Below are positions 46,224 to 55,202 of a stretch of DNA of 64,000 nt, piece after piece. The stretch spans positions 1,760,001 to 1,824,000 of the forward strand of contig CAWHFW010000005.1 of NCBI GenBank assembly GCA_963828735.1, in the 5' to 3' direction. The notes under the pieces are model-generated. The model ran no database searches. It was not told the origin of the DNA and saw only the letters and a list, made by a program, of their open reading frames with translations. How positions within the stretch are numbered: the first letter of the stretch is position 1; each line of letters opens with the position of its first letter. A program made the translations under genes and the position numbers. The stretch is from an uncultured Gemmatimonadales bacterium (GTDB lineage Bacteria > Gemmatimonadota > Gemmatimonadetes > Gemmatimonadales > GWC2-71-9).

Positions 46224-46250
46224 CGAGGCGGGGTCGGAGGTACCGGCGGT

Positions 46251-47075
46251 CTAAAGGTACGCGCGCCGCAGCATCTCCGCCGCTGGCGTGTCCAGGCGGT
46301 CGGCCCAGCGCAGCCGGTCGAAGAGCTGCAGGAGGTCGGCCTCCGTGAGCCGGCGCCGGCGCACGTCGCCGAGATCGTGGACGACGCGGCCCCGGTGCAT
46401 GACCAGCACCCGGTCGCCCAGCGCCACGGCCTGGCCGAGCGAGTGGGTCACCATCAGCGTCGTGAGCTCGCCCCGGGCCACTGCCGCCTGCGTGAGCCGG
46501 ATGACCACCTCCGCGCTCCGCGGATCGAGCGCCGCCGTGTGCTCGTCCAGCAGCAGCAGCGACGGCCGGACCATCGTGGCCATGAGCAGCGTGAGGGCCT
46601 GACGCTGACCGCCGGACAGGCGGCCCATGGCCTCGTCGAGGCGGTCCTCGAGGCCGAGACCGAGGCGGGCCACCTGCCCGCGCAGCTCGTGCCGGCGCTC
46701 GCGCCCGAGCGCGCGGCGAAGCCCCCTGCTGTCGCCGCGGCCGCCCGCGAGCACGAGGTTCTCCGCGATGCTCAGATCGGAGGCCGTGCCCGTGAACGGA
46801 TTCTGGAACACACGGCTGATGCGGCGCGCTCGACGCTGCTCCGGCCAGTGGGTCAGCTCCTCCCCCTCCAGGTAGACCCGCCCGCTGGTCAGTGAAAGCG
46901 TGCCGGCGATGGCGTTGAGCAGGCTGGATTTCCCGGACCCGTTGGTGCCGAGCACCACGGTGAACGTGCCGCGCTCGAGCGTCAGGTCCACCCCGTCGAG
47001 CGCGCGCACCTCGCTCGGCGTGTCCCGGTGAAAGACGTGGGAGACGTCCTCGAGCCGAAGGGCGGCCTCAGGCAT
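46251..47075 (-). CDS. ABC transporter ATPase (putative Trp/Tyr-type)
   Basis: GTNGSGKS, VFQNP, LSGGQRQ, LLDEHTAALDP, VTH. Confidence 0.93.
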   Translation of the reverse strand: MPEAALRLEDVSHVFHRDTPSEVRALDGVDLTLERGTFTVVLGTNGSGKSSLLNAIAGTLSLTSGRVYLEGEELTHWPEQRRARRISRVFQNPFTGTASDLSIAENLVLAGGRGDSRGLRRALGRERRHELRGQVARLGLGLEDRLDEAMGRLSGGQRQALTLLMATMVRPSLLLLDEHTAALDPRSAEVVIRLTQAAVARGELTTLMVTHSLGQAVALGDRVLVMHRGRVVHDLGDVRRRRLTEADLLQLFDRLRWADRLDTPAAEMLRRAYL

Positions 47076-48012
47076 GTCGGCGCGCTCCCGCCGGGGGCCG
47101 CAAGGCCTTGAGCCGGCCGCCGAGTTGCGGGACGACCAGCACGGCAAGCACGAACACCGCGGTGACCAGCTTGAGCGCGTCCGAGTTGAGTCCGGCCCGG
47201 ATCGCGGCCGCCACGAGGAGGCGGAACACCACTGCCCCCACGACGGCGCCGGCGATCCAGCGACCGATCGACCGACGGCCGAGCAGGGTCTCGCCCACCA
47301 TCAGGTTCGCGAGCCCCGTCACGATGGCGCCGACGCCCATCGTGATGTTGGCGAATCCCTGGTACTGCGCGATGAGCGCGCCCGACAAGGCGATCAGCCC
47401 GTTCGACACGCCGAGGCCGAGCACGACCATGCCCTCGACGTCGATGGCCACCGCCCGCGCCATCTGCGGGTTGTTGCCGGACGCGCGCATCGCGGTGCCG
47501 AGGTCGGTGCCGAGGAAGGCCGTGAGCGCCACGGCGAGCCCGGCCGCCAGGAGCACCATCAGCAGCAGCGTCGCGACGCTGCTGCCCTGAACCTCGGTCC
47601 CGAGGAGCGTCACCGTCGGCGGCAAGCCCAATCGCGCCGCCGCGCGGGCCGCCTGGGTGACCAGAGTGGGTGACGAGGCGAGGCTCAGGCTGCCGCTTCC
47701 CATGACGAACAGGCACACCGAGTAGAGGGCGGTGCTGGTCAGCACGCCGGCCAGCAGCGCGTTCACCATGAACCGCGTGTGCAGGAAGCCGGTGATCCCA
47801 CCGGCGAGGGCGCCCGCCAGCATCGCCGCGAGCGTGGCCGCGAGCGGCGGGGTACCATGCACCAGGAGGGCCGCCGCCACGGCGACGCCGATGCCGAACG
47901 AGCCGTCGGCCGTGAGGTCCACCAGGTGGTAGACGCGATAGCTCAGGAAGACGCCCAGGCCGAGCAGGGCGAGGATGAGGCCGATGGTCGCCGCCCCGAT
48001 GACGAGGTTCAC
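47068..48012 (-). CDS. ABC transporter permease (putative Trp/Tyr-type)
   Basis: DLTADGSF, LLAGVL, GTAMRASGNN, SNGLIALSGAL, QYQGFA, ALKLVTA. Confidence 0.92.
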   Translation of the reverse strand: MNLVIGAATIGLILALLGLGVFLSYRVYHLVDLTADGSFGIGVAVAAALLVHGTPPLAATLAAMLAGALAGGITGFLHTRFMVNALLAGVLTSTALYSVCLFVMGSGSLSLASSPTLVTQAARAAARLGLPPTVTLLGTEVQGSSVATLLLMVLLAAGLAVALTAFLGTDLGTAMRASGNNPQMARAVAIDVEGMVVLGLGVSNGLIALSGALIAQYQGFANITMGVGAIVTGLANLMVGETLLGRRSIGRWIAGAVVGAVVFRLLVAAAIRAGLNSDALKLVTAVFVLAVLVVPQLGGRLKALRPPAGARRHA

Positions 48013-48018
48013 GGGGCG

Positions 48019-49252
48019 TCAGCCGATCTGGGTGATGGGGGAGACCCAGCCGACGCCGCGAACCAGTGCGCTCTCGCCCACGCCGCCCTCGCCGCGGTCG
48101 TCCCAGAGCAGGTGGAGGACATCGCGGAGCTGGTGGTTGGCGAACAGCCCCCGCGCGAGCGCTCCGAGCTCGACGGTGCGCTGGGGCAGGGGGTGATAGG
48201 AGAACACCGCGGCGTGGAAGTGCCCGAAGAAGCGCTCGGTGACCTCGAGCGGCAGCAGGTGCGGTGCGAGCGGATTGCCCGGCGTGCGGGCCACGACGCC
48301 CGCGATGAGGGCGGTGGTCATCGCGTAGGTCCGCTCGGGCGCGAACGCGAGCCAGTCGCGGACGCCGGGCACCTCGAACGTGAGCGGCGACTTCGGTCGG
48401 CGAGCGGAGCAGGCGGGCGCCGCACAGGCCGGCCGCCTCCGCCGCGATCACCAGTCCCGCGGCCTTTCCTCCGGCGGCCTCGAGGCACACCGCCAGGAGC
48501 TCGGAGAACGGAACCGCGCTCGCCTCCGGCTGAGTGTTGAAGCGCACCAGCTTGCTGAATCCGCCCTCGCAGGTGATCCCCGAGGCCAGGACGGCCCGGG
48601 GAGCGGTGGTCCCGTCACCCACGACGTAGTCGGCCAGGCGGGCGCCGTCGCTGGGAAAGTAGGCCACGCACCCGGCGACCGCGAGGAGCTCGCCCACACG
48701 CTCCCGGCACTCCGCGTAGTCGCCACCGATCGCGCCGAGCCCGAGTCCGAAGGCGTTAGCGGGGAGGTCCACCACCTGGCAATGGTCGGGGCCGGATGCC
48801 ACCGTGGACAGCTCGCGGGGGCGACCGTGCAGCCGGCAACGCAGGGTCTCCTCCGAGCCGGAGGAGGACATCTGGTACTGGCCGTTGGTGGAGGAGGAGC
48901 CGGAGCGCGCCTGCCAGGAGGAGAGGCCCAGGCTCGTGGGGGCGGGGCGGCCCATCGTATCGATATACGCGTCCCACCCGAGCACGGCCAGCGCGTCGCG
49001 GACCGCGGGGGAGAGCGAGGTGAGGCGTACCTCGCCCCGCAGCATCGCGAGCTCCTGCTGCCAGCGCCCGATGACGCGGGTGGCGGCCGAGCTGATGTAG
49101 GTGACCTCGGAGAGATCGAGGCTCAGCGACCGGACGCCTTCCCGGAGCAGATCCTCGAGGGTGTTGGAGAGGTGCTCCGCCCACTCGCGGTCGAGCCGGC
49201 CTCCCAGCCGGAGCACGGCGGACCCACCGTCACGGGCGGCGTCGATCTTCAT
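48019..49252 (-). pseudogene. STAS (anti-anti-sigma-like) domain fused to about 290 aa of unknown domain; frameshifted near 48392
   Basis: GRLD...LDLSEVTYISSAA STAS; frame changes at RSPTE/SPLTFEVPGVRDWL. Span 1234 nt = 3n+1, giving 410 aa if one base is removed. Confidence 0.8.
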
Positions 49253-49286
49253 CGCGACCCGCGATCGCCCCTACGCGTCCGGCCGG

Positions 49287-51542
49287 TCAGCCGAGTCCGA
49301 GCCGCTCGAGCAGCGCCCCGTACCGCGGATCGGACCGCAGCGGCTCCGCCCAGGGGGCCACCTTGAGGAAGAGCAGGCCGGGCTCGCGGATCTGGAACGC
49401 GAGCTGGAGCCGCTCGAACGCGCGGTCCTTCTCGCCCAGCGCGGCGCACACCATGGCCCCCATCAGCGCCAGCCGGCTCTCGGTCTCGAGCTTGGCCTCG
49501 AGCTCCCACAGGAGCCCGTCGGCCTCCTCCTTGTTCCCGGCGGCGGCGTTCACATACGCCAGCATCAGCTTCTTGACGGTCTTGAGGCCGGGCTTCTCCA
49601 TCTCGCGCTTGATGTCGGCGATCGCCGGCTCGAATTCGCCCCGGACGACGTTCACCCACCAGAGCACGAGGCGCGCGCCCAGGAAGTCGGCGTTCATCGC
49701 CAGCGCCTTGCGGAGCTCATCCTCGGCCTCCTCGTACCGGCGAGCGAAGTACAGCACCCAGCCCACCGCGCGGTTCACCGGCACGGCCAGAGGATCGAGC
49801 TGCTGGGCGCGCTTGATCTCCGCCACGGCCTCGTCGCTTCGGCCGAGCGAGACGAGGTATTCGGCGTACCACTCGTGCGCCATCACGTAGCTCGACTTGA
49901 GCTCGAGCGCGCGCTTGAACTCCTTCTCGGCGCCGACCCAGTCCAGGTCGCCCAGCCACCGGGCGTACGCCAGCGAGGTGTGCGCCTCGGCCAGGCTGTC
50001 GTCCATCTCGAGCGCCTTGAGCGCCATCCCCTTGGCCAGCGTCAGGTACTCGGCGGGAGGCTTGGAGCTGAAGCCGATGCTCAACAGCTCGTAGGCGTCG
50101 GCGAGGCCGGCGTAGGCCACCGCATACCCCGGATCCTTGGCGATGGCGCCCTGGAAGTACTCGATACCCTTGAGCACGTCTGCTTCGGCCCACTTGTTCG
50201 CATGGAACCGGCCCAGCAGGTACATGTTGTACGCGTCGACGTCGCCCGTCGCCTTCTTTTCGACCCGCTCCTTCTCCTCGGGCGAGAGCGCCAGCTTGAG
50301 CGCGCCGGTGATCTGCTGCGCCACCTCGCTCTGGACCTCGAAGATGTCGGCGAGCTGGCGGTCGAAGGTGTCGCCCCAGATGTGCTTCTCGGTCTTGGGG
50401 TCCACCAGGTGCACGACGATCCGGACCCGCTGGCCGGCGCGACGCACGCTGCCCTCGAGCACCGCGCCCACGCCGAGCTCGTCGGCGATCGCGGCGATCT
50501 TCTTGGTCGTCTTCTTGTACTGCATGGACGACGTGCGGGAGATGACCTTGAGCGCGCTGACCTTGGAGAGCTGGGCGATGATATCGTCGGTGATGCCGTC
50601 GCTGAAGTACTCGTTCTCCGGGTCGGTGCTCATGTTCTCGAACGGCAGCACGGCGACCGACTTGCCGGAGTCGGAGACCTCCTGAATCGCCTGCGCCGCG
50701 CCCACCGCGATCGCGACCGTGGCCGGTGGAGACAGCGCGTCGGCGAATTGCGACGCGGTGCTGAACCGGTCGGCGGGGACGGTGGCCATCGCCTTCCGCA
50801 CCGCCGAGTCCACCGCCTCGGGCACGAGCTCGCGGGACGCGCGCGGCGAAGGCGCGGGCGAGCTGAGACGGTTCGCGATGACCGCGGTCAGGGTCGAGCC
50901 GCGGAATGGCGGATCGCCGGTGAGCATCTCGAACAGCACGCAGCCGAGGCTGTAGATGTCGGTGCGCCCGTCGAGGTACTTGCTGTCCTCGACTTGCTCC
51001 GGGCTCATGTAGGCCGGCGTCCCGACGACGTGGCCGGTGGTGGTGTCGCCGACCCCCATGGCGCGGGCGATGCCGAAGTCGGCCACCACGGCGTGGCCGG
51101 CGTCGAGCAGGATGTTGGCGGGCTTGATGTCGCGGTGCACGACACCCGCGCCGTGCGCGTAGCTCAGCGCGTCGGCCACCTCGCGCGCGATCTGGAGCGC
51201 GTCGTTCACGGGCAGCTGGCGCTCGCGCGCGATCCGCTGTTTCACGGACTCGCCCTTGACGTAGGGCATGACGTAGAAGACCAGGTCGTCCATCTGGTCG
51301 GAGTCGTACAACGGGAGGATGTGTGGGTGGTGGAGCCGAGCGGCGATCTGGATCTCGCGAAGGAAGCGGCCGGCGCCGACTTCGGCGGCCAGGTCGGGAC
51401 GCAGTACCTTGACCGCGACCTCGCGCTCGTACTTGAGGTCGTGGGCCAGGAACACCCTCGCCATCCCGCCCTGTCCCAGTTCCCGTTCCAGACGGTATCG
51501 GGACGCGAGCGTCGCGCTGAGGCGCTCGAGCAGCCCAGTCAC
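49287..51542 (-). CDS. Cytoplasmic Ser/Thr kinase with TolB_N-like (SVAVLPF) domain and TPRs
   Basis: GQGGMA, HRDIKPAN, DFG, GTPAYMSPE; SVAVLPFENMS...YFSDGIT...VISRTS...LEGSVR; TPRs. Start placed at GTG 51542. Confidence 0.93.
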   Translation of the reverse strand: MTGLLERLSATLASRYRLERELGQGGMARVFLAHDLKYEREVAVKVLRPDLAAEVGAGRFLREIQIAARLHHPHILPLYDSDQMDDLVFYVMPYVKGESVKQRIARERQLPVNDALQIAREVADALSYAHGAGVVHRDIKPANILLDAGHAVVADFGIARAMGVGDTTTGHVVGTPAYMSPEQVEDSKYLDGRTDIYSLGCVLFEMLTGDPPFRGSTLTAVIANRLSSPAPSPRASRELVPEAVDSAVRKAMATVPADRFSTASQFADALSPPATVAIAVGAAQAIQEVSDSGKSVAVLPFENMSTDPENEYFSDGITDDIIAQLSKVSALKVISRTSSMQYKKTTKKIAAIADELGVGAVLEGSVRRAGQRVRIVVHLVDPKTEKHIWGDTFDRQLADIFEVQSEVAQQITGALKLALSPEEKERVEKKATGDVDAYNMYLLGRFHANKWAEADVLKGIEYFQGAIAKDPGYAVAYAGLADAYELLSIGFSSKPPAEYLTLAKGMALKALEMDDSLAEAHTSLAYARWLGDLDWVGAEKEFKRALELKSSYVMAHEWYAEYLVSLGRSDEAVAEIKRAQQLDPLAVPVNRAVGWVLYFARRYEEAEDELRKALAMNADFLGARLVLWWVNVVRGEFEPAIADIKREMEKPGLKTVKKLMLAYVNAAAGNKEEADGLLWELEAKLETESRLALMGAMVCAALGEKDRAFERLQLAFQIREPGLLFLKVAPWAEPLRSDPRYGALLERLGLG

Positions 51543-51853
51543 GATCGCCCACCTCACCCGGACCTCGGTCCGGTTCGTTCCGGTGGATCCCCAAGAATCC
51601 TGCCAGAACCTCACTGCCGTTGGGACACAGCAGTACCCGGCGGCTACAGCGAAAAATTGCCCAGGTTTCCGCCAATATAGGGGCAATCTGGAGCGTCGCC
51701 AGACCTGCCGACACCGGCGCGCTCGCATGGGCAGTTTTGCCCGTAACCTCGGGTCATCGGCATCGGCATCGGCTCGCGCGCGTCAGCGCTCGGCGTCCCG
51801 GCTTGCGAGCGAACCGAGGTGCATGCCGAGCGCGGCGCCGGCCGCGCGACCGG

Positions 51854-52096
51854 CTAGCCGTGCGTGAGCCGCCAGAGCGCCAGCAGCGCCACGGCGGCCG
51901 GGATCGCGAACACGTAGAGAAAGACGGGCGTCTCCTCGGCCACCGAGTAGCCAGCTCGCGAGACGCCGTACCACATGTTGACGCCGGCCGCGAGAAACCA
52001 GAGCGGCAGGAACATCCGGGCTCCGTTCGCGCGGCCCACTACGAGACACAGGACGAGCAGGGCGAAGCCGCCGGCGAGGACCTTCACAGTGTGCAC
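51854..52096 (-). CDS. Small membrane protein
   Basis: 80 aa with three hydrophobic segments; FLPLW...NMWYGVSRAGYSVAEE; SD GGAG. Confidence 0.75.
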   Translation of the reverse strand: MHTVKVLAGGFALLVLCLVVGRANGARMFLPLWFLAAGVNMWYGVSRAGYSVAEETPVFLYVFAIPAAVALLALWRLTHG

Positions 52097-52350
52097 GAAG
52101 TCGCTCCGCTGATGGAGGGCGGTGTAGGCGTCGCGCAGATCTCGATGGGCCGGAAGGGCGGGCCAGAACGTCCCGAGGGTCGCGGCGGGTTCTGGGCGGG
52201 CCTGGATTCAGAGGGGCAGGCCTTCCGGTGTCAGGTTCTGCACCCGGCCGACCGCCGCTGTCCACCTCCTGGACAGCGTCGAACTATTGGGTAATTGACG
52301 GCCGGGCGATACCCCCCAAATGTGATACATATAGGCACAGGGGGCAGGGC

Positions 52351-52614
52351 ATGACGTCGCGCGAATTCTTCCAGTATCAGGGACAGACCTGGCTCGTGCG
52401 GACCCGCGAAGCGGTGCGCAAGGACGAGGCGCTCACGCACGTGACCCTCGAGCTGGTGTCGGATACCGAGACGCGGGTGGTCAGCTGCCGCCGCGAGGAG
52501 TGGGAAGTACGGGATCCCGACTTTGCGAGCCTGCTGGCCCGGTCGGTCGCAGCAGGGGCGTCGCACAGCATCATGCCGCCGATGAGCGGTCAGGCGGCGC
52601 CGGAAATGGAGTAA
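52351..52614 (+). CDS. Hypothetical protein (87 aa)
   Basis: GC3-rich codons and globular composition: MTSREFFQYQGQTWLVR...EEWEVRDPDFASLLARS. Confidence 0.65.
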   Translation: MTSREFFQYQGQTWLVRTREAVRKDEALTHVTLELVSDTETRVVSCRREEWEVRDPDFASLLARSVAAGASHSIMPPMSGQAAPEME

Positions 52615-52645
52615 CCCCGAAGGGCCTCGGTCGCCCCGACGTCCG

Positions 52646-54232
52646 CTAGTGCCGGGCCAGCGGCGCGTACCGCCGGCCCGCGTGAAACACCCACACGATA
52701 TCTCTGGTGTGCCGGATGTCCGCCGTGGGGTCCGCCGAGAGAACGACCAGGTCGGCGGCCTTGCCGACGGCGATGGTTCCGTGCGTCGCCTCGATGCCGA
52801 TGGCCCGGGCGCCGTTCCGCGTCCCGGCGGTGATCGCGGCCATCGGCGTGAGTCCAGCCTGCTCCACCAGCAGGCGAAGCTCCTCGTGGATGATCGGCAG
52901 CGTGCCCGCGCTGTCGACGCCGATGCTGTCGGTGCCGGCGGTGATGGGCACGCCCAGCTTCCACGCCTCGCGCGTCGCGGCCGCGCTCCACGCCGCCTGC
53001 GCCTTCGAGTCGCCCATCACGAACAGCGTCGCGTCGAGCATCGTCTTCCGCTGCGCCATGAGACGGAGCAGCTCCATCACGCGGGAGTCGTCCGGCCGAA
53101 CGGTGGAATCGGGTCGGCCGGCCTGACCGAAGGACGGGACCACCGGCATCCCCTCCCACACGAGCATCGAGGCGTGCGACACCACGTCCACGCCGGCCCG
53201 CACCACCTCGCTCGGACGCGCGGGGAACAGCGTGGCGTGCGCCCACACCTTCATGCCTTGACGGTGCGCCTCCGCCACGAGCGGCCGCAGGACCGCCGCC
53301 GAGACCGCCGCATACACCTTGATGGCGGTGGCCCCGGTTCCCTTCGCCTCGGCGACCGCCATCGGCCAATTGGTGCCCGCGGTCACGCTTCGGAGCCACG
53401 GGGCGGTTCCGGGCGCGACCCCGCGGGCCGCGAGGCGGACCCGTGCGTCGGTGAAGAACTCGGGCCCCGCCATGAGCGCGGCGTAGTAGATCGCGGGCGA
53501 CTCGATCTCGCCCGTGAGCGCCGCGCGCGACAGGTCGGCGAGTGCGCGGCCATCACCCGCCATGTCCCGCACCGACGTCACGCCGCCGTGCAGCGCGTTC
53601 CGCAGGCGCTGCTCGACGGCCGCCCGGCGATCGCCGTCGCTCGGATCGGTCGCGAGGTGGACGTGGGTGTCGATGAGGCCGGGGATCACGTAGCGGCCTC
53701 TCAGGTCCAGCGTCTCCGCGTCGCTCGGAAGCGGCCTCCCCCCGGTGGGGAACAGGTCGGCGATGCGGGCGCCGTCGAGGATCACCGTCTGGTCCGGCCT
53801 GGGTGCGGCGCCGGTGCCGTCGATCACGGTCACGTGGGTGAGCGCCACGGTCGAGCTCGCCTCGACCCGCACCCAGCCGCCCGCGAGCGCGTTGCTCCGC
53901 CGGTGACACGGATCGCGCATCGCCACGAGACGAAGACTGTCCTCGGTCCGCCGGGCGACGTACCACCCGGTGTCCACCGGCTCGCAGGCGCTCGGCCCGG
54001 AGGAGTCCAGCACCGCGAGGGTATCCCCGCCGCGGATGCGGCCCTGGGCCTGGATGCCGTCCTCCTCCGAGAGCCGGTAGCGGCCGTCCGCGCGAAGCTC
54101 GAGCTCGAGAGAGGCACGCCGGTACACGCCCATCCGCGCCGAATCGGGCGCCGCCTGGGCCCCGGCGAGCACCGGGCTCAGCAGGAGCGCCAACGCCGCC
54201 AGACGGAGACCGCGGGCGACCGTGCTCGTCAA
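52646..54232 (-). CDS. Secreted metal-dependent amidohydrolase with extra N-terminal domain
   Basis: TTG overlaps the upstream stop; signal peptide; PGLIDTHVHL, GVTSVRD, AIKVY, WAHA, VSHA, AGTDS, GKAADLV. Confidence 0.9.
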   Translation of the reverse strand: MTSTVARGLRLAALALLLSPVLAGAQAAPDSARMGVYRRASLELELRADGRYRLSEEDGIQAQGRIRGGDTLAVLDSSGPSACEPVDTGWYVARRTEDSLRLVAMRDPCHRRSNALAGGWVRVEASSTVALTHVTVIDGTGAAPRPDQTVILDGARIADLFPTGGRPLPSDAETLDLRGRYVIPGLIDTHVHLATDPSDGDRRAAVEQRLRNALHGGVTSVRDMAGDGRALADLSRAALTGEIESPAIYYAALMAGPEFFTDARVRLAARGVAPGTAPWLRSVTAGTNWPMAVAEAKGTGATAIKVYAAVSAAVLRPLVAEAHRQGMKVWAHATLFPARPSEVVRAGVDVVSHASMLVWEGMPVVPSFGQAGRPDSTVRPDDSRVMELLRLMAQRKTMLDATLFVMGDSKAQAAWSAAATREAWKLGVPITAGTDSIGVDSAGTLPIIHEELRLLVEQAGLTPMAAITAGTRNGARAIGIEATHGTIAVGKAADLVVLSADPTADIRHTRDIVWVFHAGRRYAPLARH

Positions 54233-54768
54233 CCGGCTTCCACCTCGTACTCGCTCTGGACCAGCCCGCTCGGGTAGTGTCGCGTGCCGATGTGGCGAAG
54301 CAGAATGTCGTGCGGGACGTCGCCGAACAGCGGGATGCCCGTTCCGATCAGTACGGGCACTCGGGTGACGATCAGACGCTGAATGAGGCCCGCGCGGAGG
54401 AACCGCTGGATGGTGATCCCGCCGTCCACGTAGGCATGCCGGAACCCGCGGGTCGCGAGGTGCGAGACGATGTCCGCCGGCTCCCCCCACAGGCGCTCCA
54501 CCACGGCCCCGGCGGGTGCCGGCGCGAGCGGGGCCTCGCTGAGCACGACAACCGGCTTCGCGCCGTAGGGCCATGAGTCGAAGCCGAGCACGGTCTCGTA
54601 GGTCTTCCGGCCGATGACGAGCACGTCCACCGACGCGATGAACTCCTCGTAACCGTGCGCCTCGCCGCCGCCGGCGGGCAGCCAGTCGAGATCGCCGTTC
54701 GCGCGCGCCATGAAGCCGTCCACGCTTACGCCGACGAAGACGGATGCCAGCAGCCTCGCCTCGGTCAT
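54229..54768 (-). CDS. Dihydrofolate reductase/RibD C-terminal-like protein
   Basis: SVDGFMAR...LDWL, IGRKTYE, YVDGG, PVLIGTGIPLF. Confidence 0.92.
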   Translation of the reverse strand: MTEARLLASVFVGVSVDGFMARANGDLDWLPAGGGEAHGYEEFIASVDVLVIGRKTYETVLGFDSWPYGAKPVVVLSEAPLAPAPAGAVVERLWGEPADIVSHLATRGFRHAYVDGGITIQRFLRAGLIQRLIVTRVPVLIGTGIPLFGDVPHDILLRHIGTRHYPSGLVQSEYEVEAG

Positions 54769-55193
54769 GGTGAACGAATGTTCCGGAACGCCATCGCGGC
54801 ATCCTCGCTCAGCGGCCGCACCTTGAGTACGCGCTCCTTCCGGATGCTCACGGTACCCTCCTTGGCGCCGGCCGGCTTCGAGACGTTCCGCGCCTCGGTG
54901 CAGGAGACCGCGACCGTCCCCGCCGAGCGGGCCTTGCTGTGGAACGCGGCGATGCCGGCGGCCAGCTCCTCGGTCGCGCGGTCGGGGGTGGCCCCTTCCG
55001 GCACCTGCAGCACGACGTGGCCGCCCGGCATGCCCCGGATGTGAAACCAGAGGTCGCTCGGCCGCGCGAGCTCGAGGCTCACGAACTCGTTGGCGGCGTC
55101 GGTGCGGCCGGCGAGCACCAGCCAGTCGCCGGGCAGCTGGTACTCGATGATCCCCGCCGGCCGCTCACGGCCGGGCGTGCGCGACCCCGCCAT
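54765..55193 (-). CDS. Stand-alone NFACT RNA-binding domain protein (NFACT-R/DUF814)
   Basis: LAGRTDAANE...DLWFHIRGMPGGHVVL...AAGIAAFHSKAR...VSKPAGAKEGTV. Confidence 0.88.
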   Translation of the reverse strand: MAGSRTPGRERPAGIIEYQLPGDWLVLAGRTDAANEFVSLELARPSDLWFHIRGMPGGHVVLQVPEGATPDRATEELAAGIAAFHSKARSAGTVAVSCTEARNVSKPAGAKEGTVSIRKERVLKVRPLSEDAAMAFRNIRSP

Positions 55194-55202
55194 GCGCCAG
55201 CG

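Noticed and set aside
46982..49252. 756-aa STAS ORF as a single protein
   Set aside because: Sequence after ~48390 is out-of-frame read-through across the true C-terminus and the permease.
51591..51605. Sigma54-like TGGCAGGATTCTTGG on the minus strand
   Set aside because: Spacing is right but the -12 element is GG, not GC; no enhancer-binding protein in the window.
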